A stretch of DNA of 64,000 nucleotides from Hahellaceae bacterium (GCA_016744695.1 JADGDV010000008.1:30637-94636); one strand, 5' to 3'; positions 19,534-29,178 are shown, counted from the first letter of the stretch. A program made the numbers and translations. Notes: generated by a model from the sequence alone, not told the origin.

Positions 19534-19616
19534 GTAGGGTGTGCCGTGCGCACCAAAAAAATGTTGAACAAATTTGATGCAAACCAGATAAAAAAGGTGC
19601 GCATGGCACACCCTAC
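19534..19616. repeat. REP doublet (REPIN-like, GTAG family, class A)
   Basis: GTAGGGTGTGCCGTGCGCACC (19534-19554) and inverted GGTGCGCATGGCACACCCTAC (19596-19616), 41-nt spacer. Confidence 0.88.
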
Positions 19617-19666
19617 AATTGTGGTGGCCCGTTAAAATGATAAATTACAATGTGTGAAGGTGAAAC

Positions 19667-20395
19667 ATGGGCGTTATAACAAAAGATAGCCATAAGCAGC
19701 ATATTTCTCAGCAGTTTAACTCTGAGTTAAGTGAATTAAAAAACCATCTTCTTGTAATGGGGGGCGTGGTAGAAAAGCAGGTTGCCGAAGCAGTTGATGC
19801 GTTGGTTAAAGGTGATACAGCTCTAGCTGATTTGGTATTGGCAAGAGATGAAGATGTAAATCGTCTTGAGCTAATGATTGATGAAGAATGTACTCAGGTT
19901 ATTGCCAAGCGGCAACCTACAGCAAGTGACCTTCGTTTGGTGATGTCTGTTGCTAAAATGGTGAGTGACCTGGAGCGAATGGGTGATGAAGCGAGTAAGG
20001 TGGCCAAAATGGCTATTGTGCTTTCTGAAGAGGGTGAGTCTCCACGAGGGTATGTTGAGGTTCGTCATATTGGCGAGCATGTAAGCCGTATGGTGCGTGA
20101 TTCCTTGGATGCATTTGCTCGTTTCGATGCGAATAAAGCATTGAGTGTAATGAAAGAAGATAAGTCGGTAGATAACGAATACAAAACGGCTACTCGTTCT
20201 TTAGTTACGTTTATGATGGAAGACCCTAGAAGTATCTCTCAGGTGCTTAGTGTTATGTGGGTACTACGTGCACTGGAGCGAATTGGAGATCATGCGTGCA
20301 ATGTTGCGGAGCATGTTATTTATATGGTGAAAGGGAAAGATGTTCGTCATATCTCGGTAGAGCTTGCAGAGAAGGCGATTGAAGGGAAGCGATAA
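19667..20395 (+). CDS. phoU: Phosphate signalling protein PhoU
   Basis: IAKRQPTASDLRLV, DLERMGD and LERIGDHACNVAE motifs. Confidence 0.96.
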   Translation: MGVITKDSHKQHISQQFNSELSELKNHLLVMGGVVEKQVAEAVDALVKGDTALADLVLARDEDVNRLELMIDEECTQVIAKRQPTASDLRLVMSVAKMVSDLERMGDEASKVAKMAIVLSEEGESPRGYVEVRHIGEHVSRMVRDSLDAFARFDANKALSVMKEDKSVDNEYKTATRSLVTFMMEDPRSISQVLSVMWVLRALERIGDHACNVAEHVIYMVKGKDVRHISVELAEKAIEGKR

Positions 20396-20430
20396 GCTCT
20401 TTTCATTAGCGTTTAATGGCTGTAATAAAA

Positions 20431-20500
20431 AAAGCCCTGTCAATAATCATTGAAAGGGCTTTAAATTAGGAAGTGAAGGCAAGGAAGACGCGCCTTCACT
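20431..20500. terminator. Two hairpins between convergent phoU and the porin gene
   Basis: AAAGCCCT...AGGGCTTT (20431-20462) and AGTGAAGGC...GCCTTCACT (20472-20500). Confidence 0.6.
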
Positions 20501-20531
20501 GTTCCTTATGTCTAGACAGAAAACGGAAGTC

Positions 20532-21725
20532 CTAGAACTTCGCGCTTAGCTGTACCCATACTTTAGTGGTATCTGAGTACTTCACATCAGCAACAGGATT
20601 ACTATCACCTTGACTATAGAATGCACCTTTCAATAATACATTGTAGTGGTCAGCAAAGTCTTGGCTAACAGCGAAGTCGATTTCGTCACCGAGGTCTGCG
20701 CCACCTTCATTTGCGTCAAATGTGTGGTAAATCAACGCAAGTTTAGGTCCTGCAAGTTCGGTTGATACTGATACGTATAAATCTTCTAAGCCAGCAGCTG
20801 GTGTGCCAAGGAACTTGTCAGCCCAACCGTTAAACTTGTGGTTGGTTCCCAGTGGAGTAGAAAAACCATACTTACCATCATCTGACCCTAGTACTTCATA
20901 GCCCATTTTAGCTGTAAAACCAGCTACTTTAGCGCCTAACTCAGCAACATAGTAATCTGCTTCGCTAGAGTCTGACTCATCTGTTTCCTGCGTCGCGTAT
21001 TCAAATGTATATAGTAGTGATAGAGAGTCTAGATCTGTCTGACCATCAAAACGTACGCCGTAAGTATCACTAATGTCGGTTAGCAAATAAGCGTAAGCAC
21101 TAACGGTTCCAAAGCCAAGGCTCTTATTTTGAATATTAAATGCCTGATGATTCTCGCCATTAATATTCGATCCTACTATGGTATTAACATTGGTAATATT
21201 ACTTAAAATAATCGTTGTATCTGAAATCGATGTATTCACTAAAGTAAATGCATCATAAGTCTGCTCGTTTTGTCTCCAGCCAACACCACCAACGAAACGT
21301 TGGTTATCAAGTAAAATTCTTTGACGACCATAACGAAACAAGGTATCAACCGGTGCCGCATAATCAACATACGCTTGGTTTAAATCAGTACCTTTAGGAT
21401 CTGCAACAACAGGGTGATTAACTTCACCATTTAGTTTGCTGTTGTATGACCCTGTGTACACTTCATTAACACTATCAAACTCTACAAATGCGGTGGCATT
21501 TTGATATTGCTTTGTCTTGTAGTTTAAGCGAGTTCTAAGTGTTGATGCATTAGCATCCTTTTTATAAGGATCTTGATCAACAAACTCATAGCGGTATCTA
21601 AAGCTTAAAGACGCTTCACCATCAGTAAACGCTTGCTCAATTGATGTAGCCGGCTCTGCAGCAAACGCTGAGGTTGAGCTTGCGATAGCAATAGCTAATG
21701 CAGATAATTTAAGTTGGTTCTTCAT
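20532..21725 (-). CDS. Outer-membrane beta-barrel, alginate-export (AlgE-like) family porin
   Basis: Signal peptide ending AFA; FRYRYEFVDQD, TLRTRL, GRQRILLDNQRFVGGVGWRQNEQTYDA and HKFNGWADKF motifs; terminal Phe. Confidence 0.8.
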   Translation of the reverse strand: MKNQLKLSALAIAIASSTSAFAAEPATSIEQAFTDGEASLSFRYRYEFVDQDPYKKDANASTLRTRLNYKTKQYQNATAFVEFDSVNEVYTGSYNSKLNGEVNHPVVADPKGTDLNQAYVDYAAPVDTLFRYGRQRILLDNQRFVGGVGWRQNEQTYDAFTLVNTSISDTTIILSNITNVNTIVGSNINGENHQAFNIQNKSLGFGTVSAYAYLLTDISDTYGVRFDGQTDLDSLSLLYTFEYATQETDESDSSEADYYVAELGAKVAGFTAKMGYEVLGSDDGKYGFSTPLGTNHKFNGWADKFLGTPAAGLEDLYVSVSTELAGPKLALIYHTFDANEGGADLGDEIDFAVSQDFADHYNVLLKGAFYSQGDSNPVADVKYSDTTKVWVQLSAKF

Positions 21726-21821
21726 TTACGTGCTCCTGATCGGATATAAAATAGTTTTGTGTTCGGCTCTTTATGGCCAATTAATATGGTGTCAAGGTAG
21801 TATAAATACGTAATCTATTTC

Positions 21822-21835
21822 TTGATAAGTATCAA
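21822..21835. promoter_or_regulatory. FNR/Anr/Dnr-type box upstream of the porin
   Basis: Perfect TTGAT-AAGT-ATCAA; TACCTT (TAnnnT) on the minus strand at 21799-21794 fits class II (-41.5) geometry. Confidence 0.7.
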
Positions 21836-21965
21836 AAATACCTAAAATGAAGTATCTGGAGGAGGGTATTTGTCATAAAACATTAATAATATGACTGAGC
21901 TTGACGATAGAGAAAGGCCGAGGATAGTATTAATCAACTTCTTATGTAATCAAGGGCGCTGTTAA

Positions 21966-22820
21966 ATGATTCATCAAATAAAAATATGTCTTTTCTTAGT
22001 TTTTGCTTTTTTGTCACTTAATAGTGCTGCGCAGTCAAGTCAAAGCGCAGATAGTGAAGCACTGGCTAATAAAGTTATAAAACAATCAGGCTTGTCTGTA
22101 ATGATTAGCCAGTTCCCCGTTTTACTAAAAGAAGGTATTCAACAAAGTGGAGGGCAGTCTGGAGAGGAGGGCTCTGGCAATAATCAAAAAATGATTATGC
22201 AGATAAGTCAGATTATCGATCAGGCTTTTGTTGTTAGTGATTCAATTGAGGGCATTAGAGCAGCGCTTAGCACGGAGTTAACAGAGCAAGAGTTGTTAAC
22301 TGTTCTAGAGTGGCTGAATTCACCCTTAGGTAAAAAAATCACCCAAATGGAAATTGATATAATGTCTTCTGAAGCTTATAAAGACATGCAGTCACAGTTA
22401 TTGAGCTTACAGGAGAAGTACAGAGGAAGTGAAAGAGAGCGCTTGTTTCAACGTTTTGATAAAGCGACCAATGCAACAGAGGCGTCACTTGAAACGGCCA
22501 TTGCTGTTCAGCTAACCTTAGCGAGTGCAATGTCAGCTTCTTCAAATAACCCACAGATGCCCTCTTATGAAGAGTTGAAGCATAGTATTGAGTCAAATCG
22601 TTTTATGATGAGAGGGGTGATAGGGCAGCAGGTATTTGCTAATTACCTTTATACCTATCAGAGGCTAACAGACGATGAGCTTGAAGCGTATGTTAATTTC
22701 GTATCTACCCCTGCGGGGAACCATTATAGCTTGGTCGTGAATGAGGCAGTTAAAAATGCACTACTAAAGCCATCTGAGGTTATTGGTTCTAAGATAATGG
22801 CTGAAGCCATTTCTGGTTAA
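21966..22820 (+). CDS. Secreted helical protein, DUF2059-like
   Basis: Sec signal peptide; WLNSPLGKKITQME and FVSTPAG repeats; TTGACG-N18-TAGTAT upstream. Confidence 0.6.
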   Translation: MIHQIKICLFLVFAFLSLNSAAQSSQSADSEALANKVIKQSGLSVMISQFPVLLKEGIQQSGGQSGEEGSGNNQKMIMQISQIIDQAFVVSDSIEGIRAALSTELTEQELLTVLEWLNSPLGKKITQMEIDIMSSEAYKDMQSQLLSLQEKYRGSERERLFQRFDKATNATEASLETAIAVQLTLASAMSASSNNPQMPSYEELKHSIESNRFMMRGVIGQQVFANYLYTYQRLTDDELEAYVNFVSTPAGNHYSLVVNEAVKNALLKPSEVIGSKIMAEAISG

Positions 22821-22836
22821 TAGCTATTATCAAAAG

Positions 22837-22858
22837 CAAACCAGCCTAGGCTGGTTTG
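22837..22858. terminator. Perfect 22-bp palindrome at a convergent junction
   Basis: CAAACCAGCCTAGGCTGGTTTG, containing the ubiF stop codon. Confidence 0.55.
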
Positions 22859-24171
22859 GCCAGTTTGGGAATATTTCCTTCTAAGCCCATTGCATACTTA
22901 ATAACCTTTTTCTTACCAAAAGGTAGTTTGTCAGCAAGCCCCAGACCAATATTTCTAAGCAGTTTTAATGGCGGGTTATCATTACTGAACATATGATAGA
23001 AAAAGTCCATTACCTCCATCATTTTCAAATTCTCAGATTTTCTTCGTTGCTCATACTCTTTAAGGCTCCCAACTAAGCCAATATCCTTACCTTGATCATG
23101 AGCATCAGAAATAATTTCAATGAGTGTTGCTGCATCTTGAAAACCGAGATTAACGCCTTGCCCTGCTAATGGGTTGATTGTATGGGCTGCGTCTCCGGCT
23201 AATGCTACACGGTTGCCTACATAATGCTGTGCATGGCGTTTAACCAAGGTAAAACTGCCCTTCTCTAAGAGTGTTATCAACGGAGGGAGTTGTGGAGGAA
23301 AGTTTTTAACAACCTCCTCAATAAAGGCATCGTTATTCATGTCTGTTAATGCCCTTATTTTATCAGGCAAGTCGTACCAGACCAGTGAACCGTAATGTTT
23401 GTCGTTAACATCCATTAAAGGAAGGAAAGCTAAAGGCCCTGTGCTCGTAAAGGATTGCCAAGTGATATCTTCTTGTTGTCCTTTATATTCAACGGTAGCC
23501 ACTAATGCTTGTTGTTTATATTGATTGCTATTTAAACCAATGGCAGCCCACTCTCTTACTTTTGACAGCGCCCCGTCTGCACCAATAATGAGTTTTGCTT
23601 CAATTTGTATGCTTTCTGAATGGTCACTTTTTGCCAATTTAATAGTGGGGAGTGCTGTCTTAAAATCAATATTTTCAATCGTAGCGGGGCATATAAAATC
23701 AATATTACTATATTGTTTCATCGCCTTGTGTAGACCTATTTGAGTCACTCTGTTTTCAACAATATTTCCTAGGTAAGGATACCCAACATCTTTGCTGTCA
23801 AATAATGTTTGATTAAGTGGCGCGCCGGAGAAGTTTAGAGGGATATCGAGCTTCTCTGTGACCGCCATTCGACGGTAAGGGCAAACTCTCATGTTACTTA
23901 TGTGTTCCCATGCCCCCAGGTTCTTTAAAATCTGCTCGCTAGCATAACTAAGCGCAGACACCCGGATGTCAGGTGTTTTTTCAGGGTCAAAGGGCGTAGG
24001 TTCGGCTTTGTCTAAAATAGCTATGCGCAAACCTGTACGCCCAAGGCCGCAGGCAATGGCTGTTCCCACCATCCCAGCACCGATAATAGCGATATCATAC
24101 TGCTTTGTAGTTGTGTCTGTTGCTTTGTCTGCCGTCGTCTTCTGAGTGCTTTCTGTATGCTGATTTGTCAT
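22846..24171 (-). CDS. ubiF: FAD-dependent ubiquinone biosynthesis hydroxylase (UbiF-like)
   Basis: IIGAGMVG, DIRVSAL, IGADGALS and LAGDAAHTINPLAGQGVNLGFQD; PDIRVSA and PYRR segments match the UbiF branch as I recall it. Confidence 0.75.
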   Translation of the reverse strand: MTNQHTESTQKTTADKATDTTTKQYDIAIIGAGMVGTAIACGLGRTGLRIAILDKAEPTPFDPEKTPDIRVSALSYASEQILKNLGAWEHISNMRVCPYRRMAVTEKLDIPLNFSGAPLNQTLFDSKDVGYPYLGNIVENRVTQIGLHKAMKQYSNIDFICPATIENIDFKTALPTIKLAKSDHSESIQIEAKLIIGADGALSKVREWAAIGLNSNQYKQQALVATVEYKGQQEDITWQSFTSTGPLAFLPLMDVNDKHYGSLVWYDLPDKIRALTDMNNDAFIEEVVKNFPPQLPPLITLLEKGSFTLVKRHAQHYVGNRVALAGDAAHTINPLAGQGVNLGFQDAATLIEIISDAHDQGKDIGLVGSLKEYEQRRKSENLKMMEVMDFFYHMFSNDNPPLKLLRNIGLGLADKLPFGKKKVIKYAMGLEGNIPKLAKPA

Positions 24172-24207
24172 TGTAAGAAACAGTCTATTCCATGAAAAGA
24201 CTGTATT

Positions 24208-24720
24208 CTAACCGACTTTTCTTTTACACATCCAGTCAGGTTTAGGTGCATCAGGGTTTACAAAGCCTTCTGAGAGCAAAGTAGGTTCCGCTAATGTTTT
24301 GTAATCATCAAACTTCATTTTTATAATTTCGCTGTGAGAGCCTGCACTGAAAGCAATTTCTTCATTTTTGGCAAGTTCATCATATAGGTATACGTCCATA
24401 CCAAATAAATTTCCAAAAGGAGGCATGGCGCCCACCTCACAACCAGGAAAGTGGTCTTGAAACTCTTCCTCATCGGCTAATGCGATAAAGTCAGTGTCCA
24501 TGGACTTGATGAATCGATCCCAGCGTATTCGGCAAGAAGCGGGCAATACGATCATCGCCATTTTACCGTCGATGGTAACAATCACGGTTTTGGCTAATAG
24601 ATTACCTTTAATATGAGTGCGCTTGGCTATTTCTTGTGCGGTATAAGCAGGGGAGTGTTTAACAGATATATACTGAACCTGTTCTATATCGAGATAGTCT
24701 TTAAGTTGTTGTACTGGCAT
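24208..24720 (-). CDS. YbaK/ProX-family aminoacyl-tRNA deacylase
   Basis: LAKTVIV and FPGCEVGAMPPFG motifs. Confidence 0.88.
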   Translation of the reverse strand: MPVQQLKDYLDIEQVQYISVKHSPAYTAQEIAKRTHIKGNLLAKTVIVTIDGKMAMIVLPASCRIRWDRFIKSMDTDFIALADEEEFQDHFPGCEVGAMPPFGNLFGMDVYLYDELAKNEEIAFSAGSHSEIIKMKFDDYKTLAEPTLLSEGFVNPDAPKPDWMCKRKVG

Positions 24721-24936
24721 ACGATACGACCTCTAACAAAAATCAAGTTGGCGTTCCTTGCTTGACTATTGTTCGTTCCGTTATCTGTAGCTTAGTCCAC
24801 ATTTTGCGAGATAGGCAATGAATATGCCGAGTGTTGGAGGGTAATGTTGATAACTGAGTGAGCGGTCTCGCATAAAGTAAGATGCCCATCTCAATCATCA
24901 CATGTTTTACATTTGTTTAAAACATCAGAACAATGG

Positions 24937-24961
24937 ATTCCGGCTAAAACAATGCCGGAAT
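24937..24961 (-). terminator. Hairpin downstream of mscS
   Basis: ATTCCGGC-N9-GCCGGAAT. Confidence 0.5.
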
Positions 24962-24982
24962 GACAGCATTATTAGTTGAATG

Positions 24983-25819
24983 TTAAGCAACTTGATGCAT
25001 ATGTACATCTTGCTGTGGGAATGGAATAGATATACCTTCCGCATCAAATGCTATTTTAACGGCTTCATGCGTATCAAAATAAACATCCCAGTAGTCCGCT
25101 GTATCAACCCATAAACGCACGGTAAAGTTAACGGAACTGTCTGCTAATTCTGATAAAACAACGGTGCGAGCAGGGTCTTTAAGAACTCGGCTATCATTCT
25201 CTGCAATTTTGTTCAGAATATCTTTTGTTTTCTTGATGTCATCGCCATAACCAATGCCAAAAGTAAAATCTACTCGGCGAATAGGTTCAACGTTGACGTT
25301 AATTAAGCTGTTATTTGAAAGTACCGCGTTAGGAATAATAACTCGGCGGTTGTCCACGGTTGTTAAAATAGTGTTAAAAATCTGAATTTCTTTAACGACA
25401 CCAAGATGCCCACCGCCTTCAATTAGATCACCTACTTTAAACGGCTTGAATATTAGAATGAGCACGCCACCCGCAAAGTTAGATAAGCTACCTTGAAGTG
25501 CTAAACCAATAGCTAGACCCGCGGCACCTAAGACTGCGATAAATGAAGTGGTTGCTATGCCGACCATTGAGGCGACAGAAATAAGCAATAGTCCTTTTAA
25601 CCCAACTGATACAAGGCTACCGACAAACTTATGAAGTGTTGCATCGACTTTGCTATCCATTTTGCTTTGTACATAACTTACGGCTTTATTAATAACCCAT
25701 AAGCCGATGATAAGTGTTAAGAGTGCAAGAACAAGTTGAGGGGTGTAGGTTAAAACTAAGCCCCATAACGCATCAATTATTTCGTTTACTTGCTCTTGGC
25801 TACCGGTAAGGCTATCCAT
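24983..25819 (-). CDS. mscS: Small-conductance mechanosensitive channel
   Basis: GAAGLAIGLALQGSLSNFAGG, PFKVGD and LADSSVNF motifs. Confidence 0.95.
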   Translation of the reverse strand: MDSLTGSQEQVNEIIDALWGLVLTYTPQLVLALLTLIIGLWVINKAVSYVQSKMDSKVDATLHKFVGSLVSVGLKGLLLISVASMVGIATTSFIAVLGAAGLAIGLALQGSLSNFAGGVLILIFKPFKVGDLIEGGGHLGVVKEIQIFNTILTTVDNRRVIIPNAVLSNNSLINVNVEPIRRVDFTFGIGYGDDIKKTKDILNKIAENDSRVLKDPARTVVLSELADSSVNFTVRLWVDTADYWDVYFDTHEAVKIAFDAEGISIPFPQQDVHMHQVA

Positions 25820-25879
25820 CTTTATTCTTCCTGTGGAGTGAATGTTGTCTTATCTTAGAATACAAATATGAAATAGGGT

Positions 25880-25912
25880 ATAGCTATAAAGAAAAAATTT
25901 CTTTATAGCTAT
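25880..25912. repeat. Perfect 15-bp AT-rich inverted repeat
   Basis: ATAGCTATAAAGAAA-AAA-TTTCTTTATAGCTAT between acuI and mscS. Confidence 0.85.
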
Positions 25913-25923
25913 GAGTCTTGGGG

Positions 25924-26928
25924 TTAAGTTTTTAGGTCAACAACGGTTCGCCCCTGAACCTTTCCTGCCATCATATCTTCAGCCACTTGTTGAACCTCTT
26001 CCAGAGATACAACCTTATTGATTTCACTCAGTGCGCTTTCGGGTAACTCTTGAGCCAGTCGTTTCCAAGCGGTTTGTCGTTTTTCATTAGGGCACATGAC
26101 TGAATCAACACCTTGAAGGCGCACATTCCTGAGAATAAACGGCATAACAGTGGTTGGAAGATTAAAACCGCCCGCTAAACCACAGGCTGCAACAGCGCCA
26201 TTATAGTCTGTTTCAGCTAATACTCTGGCCAGAATAGCATCACCCACGGTATCAACAGCACCCGCCCAGCGTTGTTTTTCTAGGGCTCTAGCCGGTTTTT
26301 CCATTTCTTCTCGGCTAATAATGTCTTTAGCGCCGAGTTTTCTTAAATAGTCATGAGTGGATGAGCGAGCTGATACCGCGGTTACGTTATATCCAAGATG
26401 ACTGAGAATAGCTACTGCTACGCTGCCCACGCCGCCGCCGGCACCGGTTACCACTACAGGGCCTGTTTCAGGCTTAATGCCAGCGTCTTCAAGAGCCATA
26501 ACGCAAAGCATAGCGGTGAGGCCTGCTGTGCCTATTGCCATGGCCGTTTTGCCATCTATTGACTCAGGTAGAGGAATTAGCCACTTTGATTGAACGCGCT
26601 GAATTTGCGAATAACCTCCCCAGTATTGTTCTCCCACACTCCAGCCTGTTAACAGCACCTTTTCGCCGGGTTTATAGCTATCCGCATCTGATTCAATAAT
26701 AGTGCCGGTTAAATCAATACCGGGCACCATAGGCCAGGTGCGCACTATTTTTCCTGTACCTGTTACTGCGAGGCTATCTTTGTAGTTAATGCTTGAGTAG
26801 TCTACAGATAACAATACATCGCCTTCAGGTAGGTCATTTATGGAGAGTTGCTCCACTGAACTGACTGTTTTACCTCCTTCTTGACGTAGAACTAGTGCTT
26901 TAAAGCTTTCTGGGGGGAGCTGAGTCAT
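25924..26928 (-). CDS. acuI: MDR oxidoreductase, AcuI/YhdH (acryloyl-CoA reductase) family
   Basis: YSSINYKD, PGIDLTG, AMAIGTAGLTA, TGAGGGVGS and TVMPFILRNVRLQGVDSV motifs. Confidence 0.85.
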   Translation of the reverse strand: MTQLPPESFKALVLRQEGGKTVSSVEQLSINDLPEGDVLLSVDYSSINYKDSLAVTGTGKIVRTWPMVPGIDLTGTIIESDADSYKPGEKVLLTGWSVGEQYWGGYSQIQRVQSKWLIPLPESIDGKTAMAIGTAGLTAMLCVMALEDAGIKPETGPVVVTGAGGGVGSVAVAILSHLGYNVTAVSARSSTHDYLRKLGAKDIISREEMEKPARALEKQRWAGAVDTVGDAILARVLAETDYNGAVAACGLAGGFNLPTTVMPFILRNVRLQGVDSVMCPNEKRQTAWKRLAQELPESALSEINKVVSLEEVQQVAEDMMAGKVQGRTVVDLKT

Positions 26929-27076
26929 TTGGAGTCTCTGTATTGGGTGGGAGGATATTTATACCCCTAAGTGTAGCCTGATTTTGTGAATAGAAAAATA
27001 CACTATTCCCTTATTTGAACGCACTAGGCGCTACATAGGGCTATACTTTTGTTGAGTATCTTTATATAGGGTTTTA

Positions 27077-27679
27077 TTGTACATGGCCGTGTATCTTTTT
27101 GTCTTTTTAGGTGTTTTTAGCTCTCTTTTTGCAGTACTCATGCCTATGTATTTTGCACGGCGAATTGTCGATTATTCAGCCATCTGCAATACTTTAAGTG
27201 AGCTCGGGTCAATTGATAGCCCTTATAAAAATGCTGTCGCTAATGTTTATTTTTTACCACTGGCGCTGGTGAATATTGCCTTCCTATTATTTGCCTATCT
27301 TCTCTTTGCAGACCAATTGAATAATCTACACCCTTTAATATTAATGAGCTTTGTTAGTGTTGGTTATTTAGTGGCTGCCATTTTCCCTAGTGACCAGGGC
27401 TCGCCTATGAAGGGCAGTGTGCGTAACCAGATTCATAATCTAGGTGGCTTCTTTGAATATATAGGGAGTGGCTTAGGACTGATTTTATTAGGGCTATCAC
27501 CTTATCTGTGGGGCGGTGAATGGGGCGTTTACCTAGTTATCAGTGGTGGCGTTATTTTAGTCATGTTAATACTATTAATATCCCCCTTTTTTCAGTCAAT
27601 AAGAGGGTTGATTCAGCGTGTTGCTGAATATAGTTATTTTGGTTGGATGTTTGTTTTCTCTATGTCATTGTTGTTTTAA
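27077..27679 (+). CDS. DUF998-like membrane protein
   Basis: TLSELG, FPSD, IHNLGG and GLIQR motifs in a multi-TM protein. Confidence 0.7.
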   Translation: MYMAVYLFVFLGVFSSLFAVLMPMYFARRIVDYSAICNTLSELGSIDSPYKNAVANVYFLPLALVNIAFLLFAYLLFADQLNNLHPLILMSFVSVGYLVAAIFPSDQGSPMKGSVRNQIHNLGGFFEYIGSGLGLILLGLSPYLWGGEWGVYLVISGGVILVMLILLISPFFQSIRGLIQRVAEYSYFGWMFVFSMSLLF

Positions 27680-27738
27680 GGCAAAGGACTACTCTTAATA
27701 GAGTGTATGCATTAGAAAATAAAAATAAGAGGGAGTTT

Positions 27739-29106
27739 ATGGACGCTAAAGATGTTCGTAGCATTGAAGATGTTAGAGACATTATTGAAGAGCGACAGCT
27801 GAGCCATATTAAAGTCGGACTATTTGATACTGATGGTGTGATGCGTGGGAAATATATGTCAAAAGACAAATTCCTGTCATCTCTTGATAAAGGCTTTGGT
27901 TTCTGTGACGTTGTGCTTGGGTGGGATGTGCGTGATCAGCTTTACGATAACGTAAAATATACCGGCTGGCATACGGGTTACCCTGATGCGACGGTGCGCA
28001 TAATTCCAGAAAGCTGTCGTGAGTTACCTCTTGAAAACGGAGGGCTGCTATTTCTTGCAGAGTTTGTGGGCGCTGCTGAGGCTATTTGTCCTCGTGGTGT
28101 ATTACGAAAGGTGCTAAAGCAGGCCAAGGCGTTGGGTTTACACATAGAAGTTGGCTTTGAGTATGAGTTTTTTGTCTTCAATGAAACCCCTGAAAGCATT
28201 CGTGAAAAACGTTATCAATCATTAAAACCAATGGCCCCTTCAGAGTTTGGTTATTCGGTTATTCGAAACAGTGTTGAGTCTCAAACTTACCAGAATCTAC
28301 TTAATCTTTGTGATGTCATGGATTTCCCTATAGAGGGGCTGCATGAAGAAACCGGCCCAGGTGTATTGGAGGCTGCCATTGCTCATGATGAAGCACTGAA
28401 GTCTGCAGATAAAGCCGCGTTATTTAAAACATTTACCAAAATTGCGATGCAAAAAGAAGGGAAGATGGCGACCTTTATGGCTCGCTGGTCACCTGATTAC
28501 CCAGGGCAAAGTGGCCATATTCATTTGTCAGTTAATGATTTGAGTGGCGCTGCATTGTTTTATGATGAAAGTAAGCCAGACAATATTAGCGATATTATGC
28601 GTCACTTTTATGCTGGGCAGCAAAAATTAATGCCTGATTTATTGGCCATGATTGCACCGACTATTAATTCTTATCGACGTTTGGTTCCCGGTTTTTGGGC
28701 TCCCACTGAAGCGAGTGTCGGAATGGATAATCGTACGTGTGCTATTCGTTTGATTCCGGGTAATGAAAATTCTCAACGTATTGAATACCGAATTGGCGCG
28801 GCTGATGCTAACCCTTACATTATTTTGGCCGCGGTTATTGCTTCTGGATTATGGGGGATAGAAAACCGTGCAGAGCCGGAGCCCCTCGTTGAGGGTAATG
28901 CCTACGAAAAGCGTTTTCCTGATTATTTACAATTACCTTATACCCTATGGGATGCGGCTCAGCGACTAAAAAAATCACCCATAGCAAGGCACTATTTTGG
29001 TGATGCGTTTGTAGACCACTTTTCTGCAACAAGAGAGTGGGAAGAGCGGGAGTTTAGAAAGCATATATCTGATTGGGAACTTGATCGATATTTTGAGATT
29101 ATTTAA
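27739..29106 (+). CDS. Glutamine-synthetase-like gamma-glutamyl ligase
   Basis: EVGFEYEFF, HEETGPG, SGHIH, DNRTCAIR and RIEYRIGAADANPY motifs; ATG at 27739 follows a GAGGGAG RBS (the ORF track start at 27643 overlaps the previous gene). Confidence 0.9.
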   Translation: MDAKDVRSIEDVRDIIEERQLSHIKVGLFDTDGVMRGKYMSKDKFLSSLDKGFGFCDVVLGWDVRDQLYDNVKYTGWHTGYPDATVRIIPESCRELPLENGGLLFLAEFVGAAEAICPRGVLRKVLKQAKALGLHIEVGFEYEFFVFNETPESIREKRYQSLKPMAPSEFGYSVIRNSVESQTYQNLLNLCDVMDFPIEGLHEETGPGVLEAAIAHDEALKSADKAALFKTFTKIAMQKEGKMATFMARWSPDYPGQSGHIHLSVNDLSGAALFYDESKPDNISDIMRHFYAGQQKLMPDLLAMIAPTINSYRRLVPGFWAPTEASVGMDNRTCAIRLIPGNENSQRIEYRIGAADANPYIILAAVIASGLWGIENRAEPEPLVEGNAYEKRFPDYLQLPYTLWDAAQRLKKSPIARHYFGDAFVDHFSATREWEEREFRKHISDWELDRYFEII

Positions 29107-29123
29107 ACGGGTTTTGTTCTTTT

Positions 29124-29178
29124 GTAGGGTGTGCCGTGCGCACCGAAAGTACAAAACGGTGCGCACGGCACACCCTAC
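29124..29178. repeat. REP doublet (REPIN-like, class A)
   Basis: GTAGGGTGTGCCGTGCGCACC (29124-29144) and its exact inverse (29158-29178), 13-nt spacer; left copy identical to the one at 19534. Confidence 0.9.

Noticed and set aside
21870-21895. TTGTCAT Pho-like half-site near the porin promoter
   Set aside because: No convincing second repeat at 11 bp on either strand, and the orientation is wrong for the porin.
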